64,000 bases of DNA from a virus. The stretch is from the IMG/VR virus record IMGVR_UViG_3300030102_007626, positions 1 to 64,000 of that record. One strand, 5' to 3'. Each line of letters begins with the position of its first letter. Within the stretch, counting starts at the first letter, position 1. The translations under genes were made by a program, and so were the position numbers. The notes beneath the pieces are model-generated. The model was not told the origin of the DNA. It did not search any database and worked only from the letters and a program-made list of their open reading frames with translations. Of this stretch, positions 19,198 through 29,083 are shown piece by piece.

Positions 19198-21186
19198 ATG
19201 GCAAATTTTACAGTCTCCCCTGGAGTTTCCTTAAATGAAATAGATCAAACATTTTTAACAGCTGAACCTATACAAGCAGGTGCAGCTATTATAGGCCCTG
19301 CAGTAAAAGGTCCTATTTTACATCCTATTAAAGTTACATCATATAGTGAATATACTACAATGTTTGGTGATATTATTGAAAGTGGTAGTCAAAACTATTC
19401 GTATTTAACTTCAATAGCAGCATATAATTATTTTAATAATGGGGGAGAATCTCTTTTAGTAACTAGGGTGGCTAGTGGATCCTTTACCTCAGCAACTTCA
19501 AATATTGGTTCTGCTATTGAATCTGGAGTAATATCAACTGAAACAGATGCTTTACTAACTTCTTTAGCTAGTGTTACTGGTTCCGCAGGAACATACACAA
19601 TATCTGGATCTTCAAGTGGTACAGGAACAGCTTTTACAGGTAGTATAACCTTAACAGATGGAACAACAGTTTCTACTATAACAGCTACTAATGGTGGGTC
19701 TGGATATGCAGTAGGAGAAATAATTACTATCCCATCTCAATCTTTAGGTTATGGAGCAGGTACTGCGGGAACTAATATGACTATAACTTTAAACGCTGAT
19801 GATATAGTAAACACAACCTCATTCACTTTAGAAACAATTTCCGAAGGTACTATTATGAATACTGGAACTAGTGGAACAGGTGGTGCTCTTACAACAGGTA
19901 CTCAGGATAATGTAAGATGGGAAGTTACTAGTGCTAATACTTCATCAGGAACTTTTAGTTTATCAATTAGAAGAGGTGATGACATTACTAATAAAAAAAT
20001 TATTTTAGAATCATTTAATAATTTAAGTTTAGACCCTAATTCAAGTAGATATGTTGCTAAAGTAATAGGAGACCAAAAACTATCATATGATTCTGTAAAT
20101 AATCAAATGTCTACTACGGGTGAATACCCAAATAATTCAAGATTTGTAAGAGTTAAATCTATAAATTTACCTACCCCTAATTATTTAGATGCTAATGGAA
20201 CACCTGTTACCTCTTTTACAAGTTCAATTCCAATACCAGGAAATGGAACATTTAGTGGTGCTACTGGAACACCTTTTATTGGACAAGCTGCTAATTTTTA
20301 CTCAAATATAAATTCTACTGATTCACAAGGTTTAATAGGAGCAAATTACAATAATGCTATTTCATTATTAAGTAATACTGATGATTACATGTTTAATGTG
20401 TTGTTTACCCCTGGTTTAACAGATGAATCACATACTGCTCAAATTACAAGTATTATAACTAATACACAAAACAGAGGAGATAATATATTTGTTTATGATA
20501 ATGTTAATTATGGAAGTACAGTTACTCAAGCAGTTAATCAAGTAAGTGCAAGAGACACTTCATATGCTGCTACTTATTGGCCTTGGGTAAGAATTTTAGA
20601 TCCTGCAACAGGTAAATTAGTATTTGTCCCTGCTTCAACTGTAATACCTGGGGTATATGCTTTTAATGATAGAACAGCCGCTCCATGGTTTGCACCTGCT
20701 GGTATTAATAGAGGTGGATTAAACACTGTACAAAGTGCCGAATATAAATTAACAGCTGCTAATAAAGATACTTTATATGAAGCTAATATTAATCCTATAG
20801 CAACTTTACCTAGAGAAGGTGTTGTTGTATTTGGACAAAAAACACTACAAAAAGAAGCATCTGCTTTAGATAGAGTAAATGTAAGACGATTATTAATTGC
20901 TCTTAAATCCTTTATAGGACAATTAGCAGATCAAATAGTATTTGAACAAAATACTGCTACTACAAGAAATGCATTTTTAGCTAGGGTTACCCCATATTTA
21001 GAAGGAGTACAACAAAAACAAGGTTTATTTGCTTTTAAAGTTGTAATGGATGATTCAAATAATGGACCTGATGTAATAGATAGAAACCAATTAATTGGAC
21101 AAATATTTATTCAACCAACAAGAACAGCTGAATTTATATCATTAGATTTTATCTTATTACCTACAGGGGCAGAATTCCCAGCATAA
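19198..21186 (+). CDS. gp18: Contractile tail sheath protein, copy 2 (gp18-like)
   Basis: Same sheath motifs as copy 1; own upstream late motif at 19177. Confidence 0.93.
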   Translation: MANFTVSPGVSLNEIDQTFLTAEPIQAGAAIIGPAVKGPILHPIKVTSYSEYTTMFGDIIESGSQNYSYLTSIAAYNYFNNGGESLLVTRVASGSFTSATSNIGSAIESGVISTETDALLTSLASVTGSAGTYTISGSSSGTGTAFTGSITLTDGTTVSTITATNGGSGYAVGEIITIPSQSLGYGAGTAGTNMTITLNADDIVNTTSFTLETISEGTIMNTGTSGTGGALTTGTQDNVRWEVTSANTSSGTFSLSIRRGDDITNKKIILESFNNLSLDPNSSRYVAKVIGDQKLSYDSVNNQMSTTGEYPNNSRFVRVKSINLPTPNYLDANGTPVTSFTSSIPIPGNGTFSGATGTPFIGQAANFYSNINSTDSQGLIGANYNNAISLLSNTDDYMFNVLFTPGLTDESHTAQITSIITNTQNRGDNIFVYDNVNYGSTVTQAVNQVSARDTSYAATYWPWVRILDPATGKLVFVPASTVIPGVYAFNDRTAAPWFAPAGINRGGLNTVQSAEYKLTAANKDTLYEANINPIATLPREGVVVFGQKTLQKEASALDRVNVRRLLIALKSFIGQLADQIVFEQNTATTRNAFLARVTPYLEGVQQKQGLFAFKVVMDDSNNGPDVIDRNQLIGQIFIQPTRTAEFISLDFILLPTGAEFPA

Positions 21187-21232
21187 AAACTTAAAATTTA
21201 GATATTTATAATAGAACAAAATAAAAAATAAA

Positions 21233-21721
21233 ATGGCAATTTTAAATCCGAACGAAATTTTCTTTACAGCATTCGAACCTAGAATGACTAATAGGTTTAT
21301 CCTTTATTTAGATGGGATACCTTCATTTTTAGTAAAAGGAATGGGTGCTATATCAAACACTACAACTGCTGTAGCACTTAATCATATTAACGTTCAACGT
21401 TATGTAAAAGGTAAAACTATTTGGAATACTATCCAATTTACACTATATGAAGCAATTACACCCGCAGGTTCACAAGCAGTAATGGAATGGGTACGTTTAG
21501 GACATGAATCCGTAACAGGTAGAGATGGCTATTCTGATTTTTATAAAAAAGATATTACATTTAATGGCTTAGGACCAGTTGGTGATGTTGTAAACGAATG
21601 GATAATTAAAGGTGCTATGATTACTGAAACCAACTTTGGAGATTACAATTGGGATGATGATGGAACAGCTGTTAACCTTACAGTAACAGTCCAACCCGAT
21701 TATTGTATACTAAACTTCTAA
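21233..21721 (+). CDS. gp19: Tail tube protein (gp19-like)
   Basis: FEP..NRF, W.TIQFTLYE, TGRDGYSDFYKKD, W.IKGA; follows the sheath genes. Confidence 0.9.
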   Translation: MAILNPNEIFFTAFEPRMTNRFILYLDGIPSFLVKGMGAISNTTTAVALNHINVQRYVKGKTIWNTIQFTLYEAITPAGSQAVMEWVRLGHESVTGRDGYSDFYKKDITFNGLGPVGDVVNEWIIKGAMITETNFGDYNWDDDGTAVNLTVTVQPDYCILNF

Positions 21722-21742
21722 AATTAAGTTTAAAATATATTT

Positions 21743-21776
21743 AAAAGCTCTACTTCTACGTAGGGCTTTTATTTTT
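21743..21776 (+). terminator. Rho-independent terminator after tube gene
   Basis: AAAAGCTCTAC-TTCTAC-GTAGGGCTTTT followed by ATTTTT. Confidence 0.75.
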
Positions 21777-21825
21777 CCTTGGTTATCTAATTAGGTCTTA
21801 ATATATTTATAACATATATACACAA

Positions 21826-22197
21826 ATGAAATATAATAGTTTACGTGCGTTAGTAAAAGAAGAACTTAAACAAGCTATAAATGAAGTCTACCAAGATAAA
21901 TTTAAAATGGTAGGTACTTTAATTACTGACATTAAACAACGCCCTCAAAAAGAAATATATTCTGATATTAGAGCAATCCCTGGAATTACAGTTATTTCCT
22001 CTACAGAACCACTTGCTTATGCTGATCAAAATTTAAATAAATTTAAAGCTATATTAAGTGTAAAAGTAGATGGATACCCATTTATTACAAAAGGTGGATT
22101 TACCAGAGATAAAATGATGGAAATTGCTGAAGAAATTAAAAAAGTACCAGCAGTTAAAGCTTTCTTTGTAGGAGAAGATAATATTTCACAAATTTAA
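21826..22197 (+). CDS. Hypothetical protein with head-protein-like leader (LRALVKEEL..INE)
   Basis: ORF with both promoter classes upstream (21779-21811). Confidence 0.65.
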   Translation: MKYNSLRALVKEELKQAINEVYQDKFKMVGTLITDIKQRPQKEIYSDIRAIPGITVISSTEPLAYADQNLNKFKAILSVKVDGYPFITKGGFTRDKMMEIAEEIKKVPAVKAFFVGEDNISQI

Positions 22198-22238
22198 TAT
22201 ATGTATATCAAACAATAAAGTTATTTTAAATAAAAATT

Positions 22239-22964
22239 ATGAGTGAATTTAAATTACCTACTGAAGTAGTAGATTTACCTTCAAAAGGATTATTATATTC
22301 TGAGGAATCAGGATTAAAAAGCGGTAAAGTAGAAATGAAATATATGACCGCAAAAGAAGAAGATATCCTAACTAACCAATCTTATATTTCAAAAGGAACA
22401 GTATTAGATAAACTAATGCAATCGTTAATTGTATCTGAAGTTAAATATGATGAACTATTAATAGGAGATAAAAATGCAATTATGGTTGCTGCCCGTATTT
22501 TAGGATATGGCTCAGAATATAAATTTGATTATAGAGGTGAAGAACAAACAGTTGATTTATCTTTATTAGAAAATAAAGAAATTGATGAAACTATTTTTAC
22601 AAATGGTAATAAATTTGAATTTACTCTTCCTCATTCAAAAAATAATATTACATTTAAGTTCTTAACACATAAAGACGAAAAAAATATTACTCGAGAATTA
22701 GAAGGTTTAAAAAAAATAAATAAAGATAATTCTCCTGAACTTACTACACGTTTAAAGTATATGATTACTTCTGTGGAGGGGAAGACAGAAACAAAAGATA
22801 TTCGAGATTTTGTTGATAATTACCTCTTAGCTAAAGATTCAAGAGCTTTAAGAGAACATGTTAAAAAGATTCAACCCGATGTAGATCTAACTTTTTTTCC
22901 CGATGGCGCTGAAAATAGAGTCACTATCCCAATTGGAGTTAGCTTTTTTTGGCCTGACGTCTGA
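22239..22964 (+). CDS. Baseplate hub assembly / tail assembly chaperone (gp26/gpG-like)
   Basis: LPSKG..Y, MTAKEEDIL, LLIGD, FFWP C-terminus; between tube and tape measure. Confidence 0.75.
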   Translation: MSEFKLPTEVVDLPSKGLLYSEESGLKSGKVEMKYMTAKEEDILTNQSYISKGTVLDKLMQSLIVSEVKYDELLIGDKNAIMVAARILGYGSEYKFDYRGEEQTVDLSLLENKEIDETIFTNGNKFEFTLPHSKNNITFKFLTHKDEKNITRELEGLKKINKDNSPELTTRLKYMITSVEGKTETKDIRDFVDNYLLAKDSRALREHVKKIQPDVDLTFFPDGAENRVTIPIGVSFFWPDV

Positions 22965-23238
22965 TACCATATCACAAACTAGAGCATCTATATTTCAACA
23001 AATACACCAAATAGTATTTCATGGTAATGGTGGTTATGACTGGGAAACAGTTTATAACATGCCTATATGGCTTCGTCGTTTTACTTTTAATGAGATTAAA
23101 AAACATTATGATAAAGAAAAACAAGCTTATGAAAATAAAGGTAATGGAACTAAAACTGTAGTTGATGAAAATGGTCAAATTAAATCACCTGAATTTTTAA
23201 AAGGTGCTAAAGGTAAACGTCCTATTAAATATAAATAA
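22944..23238 (+). CDS. Second chaperone segment (gpT-like), probably expressed by frameshift from the upstream gene
   Basis: +1-frame ORF (track start 22903) overlaps the upstream stop; T7 run at 22944-22950; YNMPIWLR motif; immediately before tape measure. Confidence 0.6.
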
Positions 23239-23277
23239 AAATTATATTTTTAAATATTTATAATAAAATACCTTTAA

Positions 23278-25788
23278 ATGTCTGAAAGTAAAAAAAGAAT
23301 AGAAGAAATTAAAAAAGCTCTTAAATCTACTGAGCTATCCCAAAAAGACATTATTAAACTTCAAAAAGAGTATAATGATCTTTTACAAGAACAGATAGAT
23401 AAACAAAGAGAAAGTTATGATATATCATCTTCAATGGTAGATGCTATAAAAGAAACTTTAGGTATTAATATTAGAAGAACAACAGCTAGTTCTAATCTTT
23501 TAAAGATTAATAAAAGTATCAATAATCAAATTTTAGATCAAGTAAAAGGTAGTTATGAAGTTAATGAAATTAATAAACAAATTAATTCAAATGCTAAACT
23601 TTTAGAAAAAGCTAAAGTTAAAATTTTATCGTTAGAACAAAAAGTAAGTGAGGAAGGAAAAGAAAGGGCTAAGAAAGTAAACAGTGAATTAGGACAAATT
23701 AGAGCTAAAGAAAAACTAATTCAAGCAGAATTATCAAAAACTAAAGAACAAGGAGGAATAGATCTCTCTATTGTTGCAACACTCAAACAACAAATTATAC
23801 AACACGATGCAGCTATTGATAAAACACTATCAGTTATGAGTGCATCAGAAAAACAGTTAGCTTTTACTATGGCTAACAGAAAAGCTTTAAAAGAACAAAA
23901 TAAAGAAAGACAAAAAGATTTAGAAAACGCTAAAAAAATAAATAAAAAATTAGGTATAGCTGGTGGTTTATTAAAAGGTATAAGTAAAATACCTATTATA
24001 AGTGATGTTGTTGATGCTAATAGTGCATTAGATGATATGAGGGAACATATAGCAGATGGTGGATCAGCTGTAGGAGGTTTAGCAAAAGGTTTTAAAAATT
24101 TAGGAACTCAAATAGGCGCAGGTTTATTCAATGCCTCAAATTTAGTTTTAGGAGCTCTTACTATGATGGGGCAAGCTATTATGAGTGTAGATAAACAAAC
24201 AGGGGATTTTGCTAAATCTATGAACCTTTCATATAACGAAGCTCTTGCTGTTAGAAAAGAACTTACAGAAATAGGAAGAACTTCTGCGAGTATGACTACT
24301 TTTGGGTTTTTTGGAGAAGATCCTGCTTTAAATACTAGAGCATTAGTAGAAACTTTAGGATCTGTAAATAAATCATTAGGGACCACAGGAAAACTTTCAG
24401 AGGGTGATTTAAAAACATTTACAAAACTTAGAGAACAAACTGGAATGACCAATGAGCAAATCATGGGAATGCAAAAGTTTACTATGGTAATGGGAGGAGA
24501 TTTAGATAAAAACACTGTTAATTTTCAAGCTCAAGCTAAAGCACTTGGAATGGCTAAAGGAATTTCTCTTAACACAAAGGATTTAATGGCAGATATAAGT
24601 AATATCTCTAGTAGAACTAAATTATCTATAGAAGGTGGAGCTGATGGTTTAGCTAAAGCAGCAGTTAATGCTAAGTTAATGGGGTCTAATATGGCTCAAG
24701 TAGAGGCAATAGCTGATTCTTTATTAAATTTCGAACAATCAATAGAAAAAGAACTATCAGCTGAATTACTTTTAGGAAAAGAACTTAATTTAGAAAAAGC
24801 AAGAACAGCAGCTTTAAATAATGATATGGCTACAGTAGCTGCTGAAATTACAAAACAAGCAGGATCAGCAGAAGAATTTGGAAACATGAACCGGATTCAA
24901 CAAGAAGCTATAGCCTCTGCTATAGGTATGTCAGCGGATGCAATGGGTGATATGCTTTATGAACAAGAAGCTTTAAAATCTATAGGTCAATCTTTAAATG
25001 AAGAAGAACAGAGAGCTTTTGATTTAGCTAAAGAAAAATATGGTGTTGAAGAAGCTTCTAGAATGTTAAAATCTGAAGCACAAGGAGAAGGTTTACAAGG
25101 TTTATTAGACCAACAATCAGCCCAAGAAGAATTTAACATGGCTATAGAAAAAGCTAAAGAGGTGTTTGTTACTATAGCCCAAGAAGTCCTCCCTGCAGTA
25201 AAATTAGCTATGACACCTATATTGTTTATAATCCAGGCTATTTCAGAAGGAATTCAAATGTTTGTTAAAGGTTTAAAAGACGGAAATCCTTTAGCTATAG
25301 TTTTAGCTGGTGTACTAGGAGCAATGGCAATACCCGCGCTTATATCTGCAGTAGGAGCTATTATCACTACTTTTTCTATGATTCCTTTTGGAGTAGGTAT
25401 CCCATTAGGTATTGCTGCAATTGCAGGGATGTATTCTATGGCAAATAAAGCAAAAAATGTTAAAGATGCTGCAATTGACCCTAAAGGTGGTATAGTAATG
25501 CAAGGTGAAAAAGGAGCAATTCAACTTGATAAAGAAGATAGTGTAATAGCAGGAACTGATCTATTTGGAAAGAAAAAAGAAAAATCAGTCCAACAATCCT
25601 CACCACAATCCTCACCACAACCCCAAGGAGGTACAGATATGACTGCTATTCTTAATGCTATAAATGCCTTAGCTGCTAGACCTATTAATGTACAAGTAGG
25701 AGAAGAAGTAGTAGTTAAAGCAGCTGTAGGTAATAGTCCTAATATTACTGGAGATGAAATGGGAAAAAATTCATACCAATTAAATTAA
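23278..25788 (+). CDS. Tape measure protein
   Basis: 836 aa, helical, A/G/K-rich, with hydrophobic C-terminal segments; canonical position. Confidence 0.85.
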   Translation: MSESKKRIEEIKKALKSTELSQKDIIKLQKEYNDLLQEQIDKQRESYDISSSMVDAIKETLGINIRRTTASSNLLKINKSINNQILDQVKGSYEVNEINKQINSNAKLLEKAKVKILSLEQKVSEEGKERAKKVNSELGQIRAKEKLIQAELSKTKEQGGIDLSIVATLKQQIIQHDAAIDKTLSVMSASEKQLAFTMANRKALKEQNKERQKDLENAKKINKKLGIAGGLLKGISKIPIISDVVDANSALDDMREHIADGGSAVGGLAKGFKNLGTQIGAGLFNASNLVLGALTMMGQAIMSVDKQTGDFAKSMNLSYNEALAVRKELTEIGRTSASMTTFGFFGEDPALNTRALVETLGSVNKSLGTTGKLSEGDLKTFTKLREQTGMTNEQIMGMQKFTMVMGGDLDKNTVNFQAQAKALGMAKGISLNTKDLMADISNISSRTKLSIEGGADGLAKAAVNAKLMGSNMAQVEAIADSLLNFEQSIEKELSAELLLGKELNLEKARTAALNNDMATVAAEITKQAGSAEEFGNMNRIQQEAIASAIGMSADAMGDMLYEQEALKSIGQSLNEEEQRAFDLAKEKYGVEEASRMLKSEAQGEGLQGLLDQQSAQEEFNMAIEKAKEVFVTIAQEVLPAVKLAMTPILFIIQAISEGIQMFVKGLKDGNPLAIVLAGVLGAMAIPALISAVGAIITTFSMIPFGVGIPLGIAAIAGMYSMANKAKNVKDAAIDPKGGIVMQGEKGAIQLDKEDSVIAGTDLFGKKKEKSVQQSSPQSSPQPQGGTDMTAILNAINALAARPINVQVGEEVVVKAAVGNSPNITGDEMGKNSYQLN

Positions 25789-25819
25789 GCAATATTTATA
25801 ATAAAAAAAAACAATAATT

Positions 25820-26035
25820 ATGGGAATTTTAAATAAACTACAATCAGAAGGATCTAATCTAAGTGAGTATGATGGAGCAACACCTCCAACAAGTAACCAA
25901 GACACACCCGAATCTGTATTACATAAAACTTATTCACTTAATGGTGATCCAGCTTTATTAGGTTTTCCACAACCTTCACAATTAGATTTAGATGGTGTTA
26001 CTCCTCCAAGATATATGGATAACCCACCACAATAA
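25820..26035 (+). CDS. Small baseplate-region protein
   Basis: ORF with late motif at 25793; PSQLDLDG..P..Y motif. Confidence 0.6.
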   Translation: MGILNKLQSEGSNLSEYDGATPPTSNQDTPESVLHKTYSLNGDPALLGFPQPSQLDLDGVTPPRYMDNPPQ

Positions 26036-26052
26036 TAAAATTAATATAAAAT

Positions 26053-28680
26053 ATGGGGCTTTTAATAAAATTAAAAAATGGGGATACCTCATTAAAATCT
26101 CTTAAATTTGGTAAAGATAGACCAGGAGGAGGAGATAGTGGAAAGCCTTATATTCAAACCCCAATCGGAGACCAAGCTGAAAATACAGCTATTGATGGTG
26201 ATGGAATTATTAGAGGTGGTTTAACTGCACCATCTAGAGCACTTGAAGATGTTACGCGTTTATCAAAATATTTTTTTGATTTTAAAAACCCAAATGGGTT
26301 ACTTTTTACAGCAAAACAAAATTTACTTTCAAGAATAGCCCCAAAAACAGAAACAGCAATAGGTCTTGGTTATGGTGGAAGTAAATCAAGAACTCTTTTA
26401 GGGCCAATGGCTCAAGATGTTAGTGATGGATTTACTGAAAATAATGGACTTATAAATGGAGGTATTTATACTCCTTTATCTACTTTAGGACAAGCAGCAG
26501 TTGGTTTTACAGGAACCCACATTAACAAACAAGGGCTTGACCCTACAGGACTACTCCCAGATGCTGCTATTAAAAAATATGGTGATGTAGTATTTCAAAA
26601 CAATAAAGCAGAAAGAAATGGTGATGGTCCTGTTAGAAGTATTATACCTTTTAATCTTATAAAAAAAGAACAAAGAGCAAGTGATAGACTTGAAAATGCT
26701 ACTTTACAACAATCTAATGCTGAAGATAGAGCTATTGATGAATTAAATAGAGAAGCTTCTCAAACTGATTTATTTACTCGTGGTCGTGTTCTTCCACCTA
26801 TCCCAAAAGTTTCTACATCACTAAATAATGCTGCTAATTCATTTCTAAAAAAATGGGATGAATATAGGAACCAACAAGCTCAAAAAAAGTTAGATAGAAA
26901 AACAAATAAATTACAAACGGCAGAAAAAAAAGCATTAGAAGCTAGTGCAAATGTAGGCCAATCTTATGAAGATAACTTTCAGGAGGTATATTATGATAAT
27001 AGATTATTAAATTTATGGAATTCACAAGGTTTAGATACTACTAAATCATATGAAGGACAAATTTATAATTTAGCTTCTGGAGGGGTTTTATATTCTTATG
27101 GGGGTGGTCCTAATTCTATTGCTGGGGTAGGAAAAACAGATATACGTTTTTCTACTTTAAATGATGGGGTTTCACCTGTTAGAACAGGAGCATTTAGAAT
27201 AGACCCGTATTTTAAAGGGGTTGATAAAGATACATCTCTCCCTATCTATGAATATGGTAAACCCATAAACCGTCCCTTAATATATAGTCTTAAACATATT
27301 TTTTCTAATAATACTGTTTCTTTACTTTACCAACAATTAAATAATCCTTTAGTTAAAGGAGAACAATTATTTGGTACAAAAACCTATCTTATAGATAAAG
27401 ATAATAAAGAAGATATACAACCATGGGATAATAATGATCTTATAAGATCAAATACTAGTTTTTTTAGTGAACCTGATAATGACCAAATTATATCTGCTGC
27501 TTGGAATTATGGTGATTTTATATCCCAAGATCCTAATAGAACAGGCCAATTAAAACAAGATTTTAGAAAAAATATATCATCAAATCAAACAAAAACTTTT
27601 ATAGCTAAATCTCCTGATTATTTAAAAGAAAACCTAGAAAGAAGAGTTAATATAGGAGAATTTAACGATCCTGGCCAAAAAGGAGATATATCCAATTATG
27701 TATTAGGTAAAAGAGATTTAGGTGCAGGAAAAATTGTTTTAGGGGCGGTAGATACTATTAATACTTTACCTGTATATAAATCAAATAGTGGACCTTTAGG
27801 ATCAGGGGGTGATGGAAAAGATGCTTTAACAAATGACTTTTGTAAATTTAGATTTGCAGTATTAGATAATGATTCAACTTTAAAATTTTATCTTCATTTT
27901 AGAGCTTATTTAGATGGATTTAAAGATAATTATAAAGCTAAGTACAAGTCATTAAGTTATGTTGGAAGAGGAGAAGAATTTCATAAATATGGAGGATTTA
28001 CAAGAGATATATCTTTTGGTTTTAAAGTTGTTGCTTTATCAAAACAAGAACTTCTTCCAATGTATAGAAAATTAAACTTCTTAGCTTCATCTTTAGCCCC
28101 TAGCTATACAAATGCAGGATATATGGGTGGTACTATGACAGAAGTTACTATAGGTGGTTATTTATATAATCAACCTGGGATAATTACAAGTATTAATTTA
28201 TCGGCTCCAAAAGAAACAACTTGGGAAATTCAAGTTCCTTTAAAAGGAATAACAGAAGATGGAACAGGTAAAGCAAGCGATTTTACAGATAAATCCACCT
28301 TAGAATTACCACATATGATAGAAGTAGATGTAAGCTTTACACCTATCCATGACTTTAGAGTACAACGTCAAAGAAATGGATTTATGCGTAAGGATGACTT
28401 TCCATTTAACAGTCTTATTGAAGATAAAAATATTCATGGTCCTGAAAGGTATATAAATTTAAAAGAAGCGGGTATAGACGGTTATAAAAGTATTTCACCT
28501 AGTGAAGCAGTACAAATTGAATCAAGAACAGAAGGAGACCAAAACCAAATACCTGATCCTGAATCTGCTTCTGATGAAGCAGAAGCAGCTGAAGCAGCAG
28601 CCGCCGAAACAGCAGCACTTCAACAACTCCAAGAAACTTTTAATAATTTTGGTGGTACAGGATTACCTTTTTCTCTTTAA
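26053..28680 (+). CDS. Baseplate / tail-tube initiator protein
   Basis: C-terminal tube-like domain FRAYL...YVGRGE..YGGFTRDISFGF...PGIITS. Confidence 0.6.
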   Translation: MGLLIKLKNGDTSLKSLKFGKDRPGGGDSGKPYIQTPIGDQAENTAIDGDGIIRGGLTAPSRALEDVTRLSKYFFDFKNPNGLLFTAKQNLLSRIAPKTETAIGLGYGGSKSRTLLGPMAQDVSDGFTENNGLINGGIYTPLSTLGQAAVGFTGTHINKQGLDPTGLLPDAAIKKYGDVVFQNNKAERNGDGPVRSIIPFNLIKKEQRASDRLENATLQQSNAEDRAIDELNREASQTDLFTRGRVLPPIPKVSTSLNNAANSFLKKWDEYRNQQAQKKLDRKTNKLQTAEKKALEASANVGQSYEDNFQEVYYDNRLLNLWNSQGLDTTKSYEGQIYNLASGGVLYSYGGGPNSIAGVGKTDIRFSTLNDGVSPVRTGAFRIDPYFKGVDKDTSLPIYEYGKPINRPLIYSLKHIFSNNTVSLLYQQLNNPLVKGEQLFGTKTYLIDKDNKEDIQPWDNNDLIRSNTSFFSEPDNDQIISAAWNYGDFISQDPNRTGQLKQDFRKNISSNQTKTFIAKSPDYLKENLERRVNIGEFNDPGQKGDISNYVLGKRDLGAGKIVLGAVDTINTLPVYKSNSGPLGSGGDGKDALTNDFCKFRFAVLDNDSTLKFYLHFRAYLDGFKDNYKAKYKSLSYVGRGEEFHKYGGFTRDISFGFKVVALSKQELLPMYRKLNFLASSLAPSYTNAGYMGGTMTEVTIGGYLYNQPGIITSINLSAPKETTWEIQVPLKGITEDGTGKASDFTDKSTLELPHMIEVDVSFTPIHDFRVQRQRNGFMRKDDFPFNSLIEDKNIHGPERYINLKEAGIDGYKSISPSEAVQIESRTEGDQNQIPDPESASDEAEAAEAAAAETAALQQLQETFNNFGGTGLPFSL

Positions 28681-28692
28681 TAAATTAAAAAT

Positions 28693-29073
28693 ATGAGTAG
28701 ATATAGTGATATTGGTAAAGGAACTTATTTTAACCCAACCACAAATAAAATAGTTCGTGGATATTTAAATGTAAAATATCCTTCAATCCCCCTTGATTTT
28801 TCGGATGTTTATGTGTATACTAACAGAGGTGATAGATATGATCTTTTATCTCAAAATTTTTATGGTGATCCTAATTTATGGTGGATAATAGCTAGAGCAA
28901 ACCCATCTCAAACACCTGATTCTTTAATCCCTGAAGTAGGTGCTCAAATTAGAATTCCTTCTAAAAATAGATTATCAAAGATAATATCTTCATATAATTT
29001 ACTTAACAACCTTACAGATTTAGTATCTTTAGAAGAAAATAATAATACAACAAGAGGTTCTATTTCTTATTAA
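28693..29073 (+). CDS. LysM/gp53-like baseplate wedge protein
   Basis: GDRYDLLSQNFYGDPNLWWIIARAN...GAQIRIP. Confidence 0.85.
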   Translation: MSRYSDIGKGTYFNPTTNKIVRGYLNVKYPSIPLDFSDVYVYTNRGDRYDLLSQNFYGDPNLWWIIARANPSQTPDSLIPEVGAQIRIPSKNRLSKIISSYNLLNNLTDLVSLEENNNTTRGSISY

Positions 29074-29083
29074 AATTTAAGTT

